Below are positions 1 to 11,577 of a stretch of 51,592 bases of DNA, piece after piece. This DNA is from Octopus bimaculoides (lineage: Eukaryota), in the NCBI RefSeq assembly GCF_001194135.2, contig NC_068987.1:29517347-29568938 (forward strand), read 5' to 3'. Under the pieces are notes generated by a model. That model did no database searches. It had not been told where the DNA came from and saw nothing but the letters and a program-made list of their open reading frames with translations. Numbering within the stretch: position 1 is the first letter of the stretch; each line of letters opens with the position of its first letter. A program made the translations under genes and the position numbers.

Positions 1-374
1 TGGGGAACACTGTCGAAAGCCTTTTGGTAGTCCACCCAGGCCATACTGAGGCCTTTCTTCTTTCTGCGGCTGTCTTCAGTTATGGCTTTATTGATCAATA
101 ATTGATCTTTACAGCCGTATGAGCCCTTGCAGCATCCCTTCTGCTCTTCTGGAAACAGGTTGTTATTTTCCAGGTGTTTACTCAATCTCTGCGATATTAT
201 TGCAGTAAAGGCTTTGTAGATCGTAGGGAGACAGGTTATAGGTCTATAGTTTTGTGGTTTCTCCGTTTCCGTGGATTTGGGGATTAAGATGATTTTCACT
301 TTTGTGAGCCATTCAGGCATTGTCTCTGGATCTGCTATTATGTTGTTAAAGTTTTCTGTCAGCTTTTTATGCAT
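1..374 (-). mobile_element. R4/Dong-type non-LTR retrotransposon RT fragment, 5'-truncated, runs off the window edge
   Basis: Open minus frame from 374 reads MHKKLTENFNNIIADPETMPEWLTKVKIILIPKSTETEKPQNYRPITCLPTIYKAFTAIISQRLSKHLENNNLFPEEQKGCCKGSYGCKDQLLINKAITEDSRRKKKGLSMAWVDYQKAFDSVP. It contains the YRPITCL, EQKG and DYxKAFDSV motifs. The 5' junction abuts an AAT-type tract. Confidence 0.9.
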
Positions 375-402
375 TTATCATTATTATGATTATTATTATT
401 AA

Positions 403-611
403 GGCGGTGAGCTGGCAGAATATTTAGCACGCTGGACTAAATGCTTAGCGATATTTCGGCCGTCGCTACGTTTTGAGTTCAAATTCCGCCGAGGTCGACT
501 TTATCTTTCATCCTTTCGGGGTCGATAAAATAAGTACCAGTTGAACACTGGCATCGATGCAATTGACTTGTCCCCTCCCCCAAAATTGCTTCCCTTGAGG
601 CAAAATTTGAA
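403..611 (+). mobile_element. tRNA-derived SINE, family A
   Basis: Head ggcggtgagctggcagaa, B-box gagttcaaatt, central block gtcgacttt...catcctttcggggtcgataaaataagtaccag, tail ...caaaatttgaa followed by (ATT)n. Homologous to more than 10 other copies in the window. Confidence 0.9.
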
Positions 612-634
612 ATTATTATTATTATCGTTATTTA

Positions 635-1842
635 TCAGGTCATCCCATAAGTTATGTCTGATTTTACCTTTTTAAAAATTGAATGAAATTTAACAGCATT
701 TTCGAATGTCTAACGGAATTAAAAATTATTTTTATGCATTTGTGTACATTTAAATTAAAATTTCTTTGATTAAAACCCTTTCTAACATGGAAGTAACCAA
801 AGAGCATTTGAGACACATAATGCTTTATGAGTACAAAAAAGGAAACTCTGCAGCCAAAGCGACTCGAAACATACACTCAGTTTATGGGAAAGAATGCTTG
901 AATGAAAGAACTTGCAGAAGATGGTTTGCAAAATTCAGAAGTGGAGAGTTCAGCCTTGAAGAGGAAGATCGAACAGGACGTCTAGTTGAGTTTGAGGATA
1001 AGCTTCTTGAGGCATTACTTGAAGAAAACCCTGCATTATCAGTTGATAATACAACTGTTCATCATCATCTTCAACAACTTGGAATGGTTCCTAAACTTAG
1101 AAAGTGGGTGCCTCATGAATTGTCCGAAAGCAACCGCATCTGCTCTTCTTTCCATTCTCGCGAACTCATTTCACCCTTTTTGGATAGACTTGTCACTAGT
1201 GACGAAAAATGGATCTTCTATCGAAATGTTAAACATCGTAAACAGTGGCTTGGTAAAAGCGAAAAGGCTCAACCACAACCGAGAAGGGAACTTCGTGGAA
1301 AAAAGGTTCTTTTATCTGGTGGCATTGCAAAGAAGTAATTCACTTTGAATTGTTACCACCTAACGCAACGATCAATGCTCAAGTCTACTGTCAGCAATTA
1401 GAGCGTTTGAACCAAGTGTTGAAAAAAAAGACCCGCTTTAGTGAATCGAACAGTAGTGATGTTTCATCAGGACAATGCGCGACCCCACACTGCAAACATC
1501 ACATCACAGAAGATCGAAGAGCTTGGTTGGAAAAAAATTCCTCATCCACATTATTCTCCAAACCTTGCTCTTTCAGACAACCATTTCTTTCGTAGTTTAC
1601 AGGATCATTTGGGGGACATAACTTTCGCAAGCCAGGAGGAAGTCAAAACTGATATTTCAGAGTTCTTCGCTTTGAAACCAAAAGAGTTTTACATTCATGG
1701 GATTAAAAAGCTTGTAAAGAGATGGAAGGAAGTCATAGATAATTAGGGAAAGTACATTGGTGATTAAATTTCAATTAAATATAACATTTGATCACTTGTT
1801 TTCTTAATTCAAAATTCGGACAGAACTTATGGGATGATCTGA
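635..1842 (+). mobile_element. Full-length inactive mariner (D,D34D) transposon
   Basis: TIRs are tcaggtcatcccataagttatgtctga (from 635) and the reverse complement tcagatcatcccataagttctgtccga (ending 1842). TA is present on both sides (633-634, 1843-1844). Confidence 0.95.
787..1746 (+). pseudogene. Mariner transposase pseudogene (frameshifts, deletions, premature stop)
   Basis: MEVTKEHLRH HTH region, WVPHEL, VTSDEKW, DNARPH and YSPNLALSD, with 34 residues between the second and third D. Spread over several reading frames. Confidence 0.95.
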
Positions 1843-1952
1843 TACTTATAACCTTCAATTTTGTTACAATCACTTGACGAGACACCCAGCGTTCTAGTGC
1901 GAGTGAAGGATAAGAAATATTACAGTATGACTGAAAGCTTAGGAAGGCGAAG

Positions 1953-1961
1953 TTATTGTTG

Positions 1962-2005
<44 letters not shown>
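1953..2005. repeat. (TTA)n microsatellite with a (TTG) start
   Basis: Direct reading. Confidence 0.95.
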
Positions 2006-2006
<1 letters not shown>

Positions 2007-2183
2007 GTCCTGACGGAATACATGTATTTCTTCGCTCCTAAGTTTTTGCTCTAAATTTTGGCTCCAAAAGTTAACTACTTATTTTGTTTCTAAACGTTTA
2101 ACGAAAACACCACCTTTGCATAGATTAGCTGTTTTAAGCTGTAATCTCAAACCATTTTTCCAAATTTATTTTAAAAAATAAAC

Positions 2184-4140
2184 ATGGCGAAGCCAGGCTT
2201 GTTGAAAGACAAGCAAGAGGAGGTGAGATGTGCTTCGCATAGAGAGGTGCAAGATGTTGTAGTGCCCTCCGCCTACTACCTACAAATTGAAGGTGAGACG
2301 AGCACACAGCAGATTCAAATTCACGCGCCAGAAATTGCCAAGTCTTCAATCAAAAATAATAGTAGCAACAAATTCATCGACACAACACCCAGGGGCTCAC
2401 TTACTTTCTCTCTCTCTCTCCGTCTACTTCAAACCCCGTCGACTCACACCTCGATTTCACAGACACTAATTGAACGGCAACACACAGAGAAATCGAGGAG
2501 GAAACCCCAAAACCGAAAACCCGAAAAAGAAACACAAAAAACAGCAGGTCCCACATCAACACACCAAAAAAACATAGGAAACACCCACAACTGTCACAGA
2601 CGCACCTATAGCATCACTAATCTCTCCAGAATCACAATCACAGACTGCTCCACTGACCATAAGAAAGTACTCCCAACAACAACAAGCAACCACGCAAAGA
2701 CGAAACTTTGTGCTAGTGAGGTGGTCAAATAAACAATTGATGGACTTTTTAGCACGAAGGAAGGATCTCGAGAGTGTATTATTTTTGGCACCAGCACCTT
2801 TCACCTTTCAAGTGCCAGAGACAATGATGTTGGTGCGAATGCCTATAGAAGTATATAAACTCATTAGGGATAGCTTGCCGCAAGACGTGGGAACCTCTAA
2901 TGTCAAGGCCACGACTAGGCTTTTAAAGGGATTCCCAGAGGTACCGCAACAACTCATAGACGTTGAGCCACCTGACTTCTAGCGACACCTGGCGGGTAAG
3001 TAGACTGTCTTTCGTATCTTCTCCAAATTCTGTCCGGTCATCATGTTTAAGAGGAGATAGTATAAATGTTCGTGGCCTGAGGTGGCCCTGGAATCAGGGT
3101 CGTTTCCTGAATGACCTCAAGTCATTATCTGTGAATGTGACAGCCGTCAGCGAAACCAGGACTTTAGACAAACGTGATCTGGTCCCCATTTTTAACGATT
3201 TTGAGATCTACGCATTTCTTAGTGTTTTAGGAAAGACCTGGATCTCGAGGTACGAACAATCTTCCTGGACCGGAGTGTAAGTTGGTGGTACTGGATGTGA
3301 GCGACAGTGAAGGTGGTGCATTCAGACTAGTCGCTATGTACTACCTAACTGGGGTGGGGCAGCCAGATTTCCTCAGACGATTGGAGGTTTTCCTAGAGAC
3401 GTCTCGCTCTTTAGTTCTAGTGGGAGATTGGAACGCCATTTTGGATGCATGTCTGGATAGAGTGGGGTTAACCGATGGGAGAGGGGCATGCAAAAACCTC
3501 ACAAACCTGCTCAGTCGTTTCTAATTGGCTGACAGGTACCGACTGGATGAGCCAATGTGGACGTGGGAAAACAGCACCGAGTTTTCCAGATCGCACTTAG
3601 ATAGGATATTCTGTAAGCTAGTAGAAAGAAGTAGCATAGTTTGTCCACAGTTTAGAGTCGTCTGCTATACAGATCACAAATTTGTGATCTGCGCGGTCGA
3701 CATTGATAAGATACATAGGCAGGGCCCCGAGTAGTGGAAGCTGAACGCGCCTTTCCCAGGGCATCAAGCATTCTAAAACCGGGTTAGCGAGTTAGTTGGA
3801 AGTTAGCTAGCACAATCGTCAACAACCGTTGGTAGATAGCCCTGAAAAGGGGTTATTAGAGGAGAGGCACTAGGATTTAGCAAGGAAATAGCCTTAGGGG
3901 AATCTAAGATAGAAGGAGAGCTAGTTAGGAAACTAGAAGAGGCGCTCTGGAGAGGCATCGAGACTGACGTGCTGCCAGTGAGATTGGCTCTTGATCATTT
4001 CTTCAAATCTAAGAAAGTTGCGTTGTCAGACTTAGGGTGAGTGCACTAAGACATAAGGGAACGAAAGCCGTTCGATGGGCTCTGGTGACAGAGGTGTAAC
4101 GTGGCAACAAACCACAATTCGGTCTTTGACGGGCCAAGAT
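2184..4140 (+). mobile_element. Degraded L1/Tx1-type LINE: ORF1-like region plus APE endonuclease of ORF2, 3'-truncated
   Basis: SINVRGL...AVSETR (from about 3059), LVLVGDWN (about 3424), SHLDRIF, YTDH (about 3669) and GPE*WKLN (about 3735) are APE motifs, the last being the Tx1-type GPGYWKLN. The ORF1 assignment for 2184-2980 is positional inference only. Confidence 0.8.
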
Positions 4141-6373
4141 GTGCGTATGCTACACGAGTATGCGTGTGAGTGTGTGTGTGAGAGAGAGAGAATTGCTTTT
4201 GTGCTTGAAAATTCATCTGGAGCTTGAAAAGAATTGTAGCCTTTTACTTTTTTATAAATTCACAAAAATATCACACCGGTTTCAATAATTTTGTTTTTAA
4301 TGGCTAAAACCAGTTTAAAAAGAAAGTAAATGTACAGGTGAAAATTCCCTAGTAGAAAAGCATACTCAAAAAACAAAAAAAAAATCATATATTCATGCAA
4401 ATTCAAATGTTCACTAATTTTCACAGTAATAGGAAATGATGAAATTTCAAATGTTTGATAAATTTCCTAAACATGATACATAGTTGATACATAGATTTCA
4501 AAGCAATAAGTTATATCAGCAATTAGATACGATGAATTGTGTCCGTATACATACATATGCACGTGTGTTTTTATATTTGCAGATGTACACATACCCGTGT
4601 ATGTACGTGTGTGTCTGTGTATACACCAGTGTGCATATGGAGTAGAATGCAGAGTACTCAACACAGAAAGTAGAGCTAGACTTTTCGTCTTTTGTTTCAG
4701 TCAGCGGGCTGCAGTCAAGCAGAGTATTGTCTTGAAGTCTCTATTCCATCATTCTGATACCAGTATTTATCTTTTTAAGTCTCGTATTTATTTCATCGTA
4801 TTATACATGTGATATTTTATATCATACGCATTGCAAGCCGAAAATATTGCAAACCGTTACTTCAAGTCAAGAGCGTCAGTCTTCTCTCTTTGGTAAAGTT
4901 ATTAAAGAAAGATACATTCTGTTTATAGTCAATTAAAATAAATACAAAACTTCCTCGATTTTCCTCTTGGTTTTGGGCGATTTAATTTGCATCTTCTTTA
5001 CACCATTGTGACACATTTCCAAGCATTAGAAAAAAAAATCAAATGCAATAACTTTTATATATTTCTTAGCATTTATGCTTCTATCATTTAGTTGATTAAT
5101 AAAAAAAAAAAAATATTGTTTGGAAGAATTATCGCCCTTAGTCACTAACAATGACAACTTCTTTATGCCGGATGTTTATTCCTAACAACACCTAACATAT
5201 TATCTATGCTGGCTATCATTCTTTGTAATGTGGAGGTGTAAAACATTAGTTCAGCAGACATTGATAAACAAAAGAATAACCTATAAAATCTCCCATGAGA
5301 ATATATACTATAACCAAATATCCCATAGAGGTACCAGAGACGAATGAAAATTGCAATAAAGTGTTATTTTTTCTTCTAATGAAATATTGGAATCTAATAA
5401 AAAGTGATGCACAACCAAAACGAATATAAAGAATACATGTCACTGTATTTTCTCTTGATATTTTATTGTCGGAATTGCAGATGCAATAATGCTGTTGAAT
5501 ATTATGCTCTATGCTATAACATAAATGCAGTAGGTATAGTAGGTGAACCATTTCATATATTTTCATATATTTTAATCGCCACTTCATCCTCTATTATTTT
5601 ACCGTTTTGTTCGAGCTATTATATCCCAAATGTACCTTCATTAAAAGCAATGTTATAGCATTGCTCGGAATAAGGATTCATTTATACTGAATCCGCTTAG
5701 ATAGAAGCGAGGAGGTCGAAGAGATTACCAGCACATAAAATCGTAAATTCAATTTTGTTACTGCTGTTTCTTTGTGTTTTGGGGAAGACAACTTAATTCT
5801 GCATTCCACAGTTAACCTCGCTGTCAAGAGCAGATATCAAATGATCTGTGAATATTACCATAAATATACTGGTATCCAATCCAAGAGGAACTATGTTTCG
5901 TTTCTGTTTGTAACTACAAACCAGGTCCAGTTACGAGCATTACGTTCTGCTTTCAAAACCCATCGCTAGGTCACATCTGCCTTTTAGAAGAGAAGAGGGC
6001 AAAAAATAGAACAAAAATAAAACAGCTGTTTTATTCAAGAAACGTCTAGGAGAAGGAAGAGGAGAGTTTCAATGTGTCACCGTAAGGAGAGTTTGAGATT
6101 TCGACTCATAGACCTTCTGTGAAATTTATCACTTGGTGAATTATTGAGACCTTTGGTGTGTTTTCAGGAGCAAACTGAGGTACGTCAATGTTCCTTTTGT
6201 CTCTCCTGAATGAACTTCTCAAAGAAGTGATTTTTTTTTTTAAGAGAGTATTGTAGTTCGCTTGAAGCATTGTGTATTGTTTGTAAAGAATAAAAAGTTT
6301 AGAAAGGTATAACAATACACTATAGAACAAAAAATGGACTATACACCTGTTGTAACTTGGTTATTTATTGTCC

Positions 6374-6409
6374 GATGATATTTCGGAATTAGAATTCCTT
6401 CTTCAGATC
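6374..6409 (-). ncRNA. Minimal type I hammerhead ribozyme motif (Penelope-like pLTR type)
   Basis: Minus strand reads GAT-CTGAAGA-A-GGAAT(TCTA)ATTCC-GAAA-TA-TC-ATC. It has a full CUGANGA/GAAA core, a 5-bp stem II, a self-complementary stem III, an AUC triplet and a 3-bp stem I. Confidence 0.7.
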
Positions 6410-7035
6410 TTATTTGCTGGAGTCTCTGCTATAAACTTTTTCATTTATTTTTTTTATTTTGTTAATGATGCTCCGAGCCTCTTCTCCGCATTTTCTGATA
6501 TCATTGACAAATCCAGTTGCCGTTGTTGTTAGAAATTGCGTTAATTTATGTTATTTTGCTTATATTTGTGTCGTCACTATTGTTGATCTTGGTGTTGTTG
6601 TCGCCGTCCGTCGTTATCATTATTACTGTTGCCAACATCAGCCAAGTTGCCAAAGTCAATACTATTGTTTGTGGTGCAATTATTATTCAGGTCATCATTC
6701 ATATTGATCAAATAGTCCTTTCCTTTTTCACAAATTCAAAATATTTCTTTATCAGTGATGGTGGTGGTGGTGGTGGTGGTTATGGTCATTGTATCCTTCA
6801 CTGTAGGAATTCTGTTACTATCATTCAGGAAGTCTCTTTCAGTTGCCACCATAGAAGACGTCATATTTACAAACATTTTGAATTGTCTTCTTCACTAATA
6901 GTAAAGAAAAGAATAAGACATGAAAAATGAAAAAGTACAAAATAAAACAGAACAAAAACACAAAAAAAGAAAGAAAACACTTACAGTAAAATAAACGGGT
7001 GCAAAGTCAAAACACATCCGGTTACTTGTAAATCT

Positions 7036-7086
7036 AATAATAATAATATTAATGATGATGATGATGATGATGATATCAACAACAAC
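7036..7086. repeat. Compound (AAT)/(GAT)/(AAC) microsatellite
   Basis: Direct reading. Confidence 0.9.
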
Positions 7087-7800
7087 AATAGACATGCATT
7101 GGGACATACTGGAACTCGATGGCACCATACATGAGGAAATGATGAAAAAAGTAGAAGCAATATATTTGAAAAGATTAATGCTTGTATCGCTGTTCAAACT
7201 TAATACAAGGAAGTTGATAAATGCGATTAACACGTGGGCGGTTTCGCTCTTGTGTTATAGTGCTGGAATAGTGAATTGGACGGGAGATGAAATAAATGTT
7301 TTTCGAAAGAACAAAAAAAAGAAAGACGAGAAAATTCCTGACTATGCTTAGAGTGCTTCATCTGAATTCAAATGTCAGTCGTTTATGCATGAAATCGAAA
7401 GGGTGAGATGGGGGTGAAAATACATTAGTATTTCTGGCACTGCAGACAGTGAGTAACTTATCAAATCACTATCTTGTGACGAAGAACAAAGTAAACATGA
7501 TGTTATAAGCCTGGGATTTACTTGTGTTGAACTTGAAAAGAAGAATGTATATCAAAATTGAGTAATTTTTTAAAGAAAGAACTGACCGGAAGTAATGCAG
7601 TTACATGGAAAGTTCCTCAGAAATGCCAAAACTTCAAAGAATCTCGGTCCATTGAGGGAGCAGTCCTAGAGTGGAAATCTAAAGAGAAAAATTTTGTGCT
7701 TGTTGGTAGTTATTCAGGCTCTAGCACAGATTCAGTTAGGTTATTTATTCCATCGCCTCAACGAATATGTGGTACCTATGCAATCAACGAACTAGTAGAA
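7087..7800 (+). mobile_element. Degraded R4/Dong-type RT C-terminal fragment
   Basis: ILELDGTIHEEM...FKLNTRKLINAINTWAVSLLCYSAGIVNWT and LHLNSNVSRL match the R4-clade YLGILE..KLN..NLI.AIN.WAV...RYSAG and HPKSDV.RLY region. The extent beyond about 7500 is uncertain. Confidence 0.75.
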
Positions 7801-7810
7801 AATATTGATT

Positions 7811-7986
7811 TTAAATTTTGGCACAAGACCACCGATTTCGTGACAGTAGCATAGTCGATTACATCGATTCCAGTACTCAACTGGCACTTATTTCATCGAC
7901 CTCGGGAGGATGAAAAGCAAAGTCAACCTCGATGGAATTTGAACTCAGAACGTCAGGGCGGACGAAATGCCGCTAAGCATTTTGCT
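7811..7986 (-). mobile_element. SINE family A, head truncated
   Basis: Reverse complement contains aatgcttagcggcatttcgtc...gagttcaaattccatcgaggttgactttgcttttcatcc. Confidence 0.85.
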
Positions 7987-8354
7987 CACAGCCTTAAACC
8001 AGCGGAAAATATTGACCATATATTAGAAGGTTGCAAAAAACTAACTCAAAAGGAATACAAGTTACTTTTATGATAAGTTTGCTTCAATTCACTCCGCTAA
8101 CTTCTTTAAAATGTAGATGTAGCTTTTCAGACATGGTGTATAATAAGAGTGATATAAGTTAGATGGCTTCATATGATATCCACATGCAAGATAACTGCTG
8201 GTAGTGCTGCAGCTGCTGTTGTTGATGCTGTTGCTGCTGCTGCCATTTCAGATAAACGATTAAACGATTAAACGATTAAAAGAATAAATGAGTTCGGACA
8301 TTGATGTTTGAGATTATGGTTGAATGTTTGCATTTTAGTATTTTTGTTTTGTTC

Positions 8355-8545
8355 TTTTACCTATTTCAGTTATGGTGACTGCCGCCATTCTGGAGTGTAG
8401 TCTAAAAGTGATTAGATAATAGCATCGATCCCAGTACTATTCTCTGATAAAGTCTGGAAATTTATCGATGTCTTCTGCTCGACCGTTAAGCTGCGACGTT
8501 GTAAACAATTAAAAACCGATTGTCAAGACATTCAAACACACACAC
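8355..8545 (-). mobile_element. SINE family B, diverged 3' half
   Basis: ttcagttatggtgactgccgccattctggag and accgattgtcaag resemble the family B 3' region. It stops at the internal CA/TA tract (TA run about 8549-8585). Confidence 0.55.
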
Positions 8546-8585
<40 letters not shown>

Positions 8586-8588
<3 letters not shown>

Positions 8589-8890
8589 TTGGAGCGTTGG
8601 GCTCACTATCATGAGGTAGTGAGTTCGATTATTGGAGTGGGCAATGGGTTGTGTTCTTCAGGAAGACACTATGTTTCACGTTGCTCCAGTTCAGTCAGCT
8701 GCAAAAATGAGTTACGTCATAACTGCCAAGCTGTATCAGCCTTTGCCTTTCACTTGGATCACATCAGTTGTGTGGAGAGGGGAGGCTGGTATGCATGGGC
8801 GACTGCTGGTTTTCCATAAACAACTTTGCCTAAACCTGTGCTCCGTGGTGGGGGACTTTCTGGGTGCAATCCCATGGTCATTCGTGATAT
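8586..8890 (+). mobile_element. tRNA-derived SINE, family C
   Basis: A-box-like tggttggagcg, B-box gagttcgatt, CORE-like ttcaggaagacact, then a distinct GC-richer tail (gtggagaggggaggctggtatgcatgggcgactg). Single copy in this window. Confidence 0.65.
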
Positions 8891-9729
8891 ATATAAACAA
8901 TACGAACAGGCTAAAGTAGGTAATTTTCCCACTGAGTGAAAGCTTTTCTGTAAAGTTCATTGCCATTTAAAGCAACCGCCCTTTTTCAATATCAGCGATT
9001 GCTTTCTTAACCATGACTTCAAAACACAAACTTTATTTGAAATTCAAGATTTTCGTCTCAGGTTGTACTCAACATATTTTATCTTTTATTTCATTTTCTA
9101 TTTTCTTACATTTTTTGTGGGTGGTGTGGGTACATTTCCGTAATTTCCCTTAAATGTAATTCGTTATCTGTTTCTTAAAACCGATCTCGAAAAAGTGTTC
9201 TCGGTTACGTTTAACACCTCCAAAAATATAGATACAACTGTTACTTACACATATATTTTTTTATATATATTACACCATTGTCGATTAAAAAAAGTTTTGC
9301 TTCATTTTTTTTTATATATTCGCACCAAAAACAGTTTCTTTTTCAAATTAATCATACTACTGTTTTACATATTACAAACTGATTTTAATAACAACCGGCA
9401 TTTAAAAACATACATTTTATTGATTTAAAATTGTCATATATATTGCAGACAACGATTTTATTAAAACAAAATATCTTCATTTTATTTTTTCCCCTAAAAT
9501 TCTCACAAAATATTGCAAATCCATGCATGAAAAATAAGAGACACTATCCATCCAATTATATTGAATTCCTATTCGTATTAATATAATTACTTAAATTTCT
9601 AGGTATTTGTACATTCTTTTCTCCTCAATAATTTGACATTACATATGTTACAACCATTGGTCTCTTAGATCCAAATTTTGCCAACGTTTTGTTAAATCAA
9701 ACACAACTGTAACCAAAGCTTGCAAACGA

Positions 9730-10090
9730 GTATGAGTTGATAGTATGTGCCCGGCTTTCACCAGTTGTTTTAGATTCCTATACAGTCCCGAGCAGACATA
9801 GAACCTTATCGCCAATGTAGATCTTACCGGAATGAGAAACTTGAAACAAGAATGTGGAGTACGTCTAACCTGTCATAGTGTGGCCATAATGTCTGATAAA
9901 ACTATAGTAAAGGTATTCTACCATTTTTTGGAACATAAGACAATAGAAAGTTCATTAAGAACGTTTTGTGTGTTCCGTTCGTCGGACGTGTTGCTTGTTT
10001 CGAATATAAGCGAGTGGATTGGATGTAGGCACAATGGTCTACACAAAATTGCTTGAAAAGACGGTGTCTGTCTTGCAGTGTTCTTTGTTA
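9730..10090 (-). pseudogene. Helitron Rep (helitron-like N region) relic
   Basis: RLFKQFCVDHCAYIQSTRL (RLFKQFCVD at 10063-10037), frameshifting to LAYIRNKQ, then LSYVPKNGR and HYDRLD. Matches the Helitron pattern RLFxQxxVDxYAKIExxRLxYIRxNQ...YVRxYGRPD...DRxD. Confidence 0.55.
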
Positions 10091-11206
10091 TTCGAAAAGA
10101 ATAAAATTGAGAACATGTCACTTTTATCACTCGTTGGTTTAATACATTGAGGTATGATTTATCTAAAATACCAGGAAAAAAACACACGTATATATCATGG
10201 GGTCATAGGCTCAGTGAGAACCGCTAACAATTTTTAAGATTTGTTCAGCACAGAATTTTATCAGTCTCATGAGATTCCTAGTCTTTACCAGGTATTAATA
10301 CAGCAACTCTATTGTAGACAAGTTTTGCATTTTGAAAGTGTTTATTATCTGGCCTTTTGTAAGCATCTAACCTAATAGAAACATTTTGTGATATTATGCC
10401 ACCATCAATTTGTTCTTAGTCAGACAGTAATAATTGCAAATAAATGTTGTTAGTTGAAACTATAGCAGAATGAAGTGTACGGAAAATAATAGCACCAAGA
10501 TTTTCTCTTCAACTATCTGCAACTACTCTCTGCATACGCAGTCGAATTTGTTCCTCAGAATCGTAAAATTAAGTTTGCAAGCAGGATGGCACATCTGCAC
10601 CAGTATTTTTTTGGTGCTCAAAAAAAAAATCTATAAACAACTCCGTGAAATCTGTAAGTAGTAAAGACCTCGGGCAACAGTAGCATCTTTTGCTTTCATG
10701 CTACACATGGCCATAGTACTGTCAAACATCTCAATTTTGCTTTTTGTTTTTTTTTGTTTCGTTTTGTTTTTTGTTTTTTTTTGTTTCGTTTTGTTTTTCT
10801 GGAATATTTTTCTTTTGATGCACCACGAATAAACAATTTTTGTAGTTCATCGGGTAAGTTTCGTACTTGTGAAATACGAGTAAATCAGATTTACTACAAA
10901 TACCATAACCAGAGTAGTCCAGTATTCCTCTAGTATGCTTTTCTATAAACATAAGTTCGTTGAGACATCTGACGTCCATTGAGCCACAACTCTGCGCTAA
11001 TTATCCCTGTCTTTGTTCTTAATAATGTCGCTGCAGTAATTGACAATGTTGCTTAGTATCATTCTCTAAAATCTATTCACGTTGATCTTGAGAAAGTTTA
11101 TGAAAGTTTTTTTTTTTATTTCAATAAAATTTGAGTTTATCAATATTTTTCTACAGACTTAATTTAACAAATTGAATATTATGTAACCGTCATATATATA
11201 ACCGTA

Positions 11207-11577
11207 GGAGTAGGTGTTGCTGTGTAGTTAAAAAGTTAACATTACAACCATATTGTTTTGGCTTCATTCCAACCGCACGGTACCCTGGACAAATATCTTC
11301 TACTATAGCTTTAGGCTTGTGTGTAAATTTAGTAGATGGAAAGCGATATATATGTATGTATACATATGTATGCATAAATGCGTATGGGTCTTTGTTTGCA
11401 CCACCATCACTTGAAAATCGGTGATGGTTTGCTTACATCCTAGTAACTTAATGTTTCGGAAAAAAAAGAGTGCGATGCAATAAGTGCCACACTTAAAAAA
11501 TAAGTACTAGGCTCACCAAAGCCTTCAAGGCGGTGCCTCGGCATAGCTACAGTCCAATGACTAAAACAGATAAAATA
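11207..11577 (+). mobile_element. SINE family B, diverged
   Basis: Head ggagtaggtgttgctgtgtag, gacaaatatcttctactatagc, an internal TA-rich tract, then aataagtactaggc and aggcggtgcctcggcatagctacagtccaatgactaaaaca. Confidence 0.75.

Noticed and set aside
1845-1952. Segment between the mariner and (TTA)n that might be a LINE 3' UTR
   Set aside because: No second copy or coding remnant in the window to anchor the call
5163-5281. Possible minus-strand terminal exon LFFCLSMSAELMFYTSTLQRMIASIDNMLGVVRNKHPA*
   Set aside because: Weak acceptor, no recognisable homology and no linked exon; cannot be supported from sequence alone
5560-5645. Kinase-like EGTFG...VAIK on the minus strand
   Set aside because: Two in-frame stops lie between the motifs, the first Gly of GxGxxG is missing and no further kinase subdomains follow
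10737-10799. About 27-bp T-rich tandem duplication (KQNETKKNK repeat in an ORF)
   Set aside because: Low-complexity slippage product with no coding support
10843-10860. Apparent micro-exon tttttgtag-TTCATCGG-gtaagt
   Set aside because: 8 nt is not frame-preserving, and such matches are expected by chance in T-rich DNA
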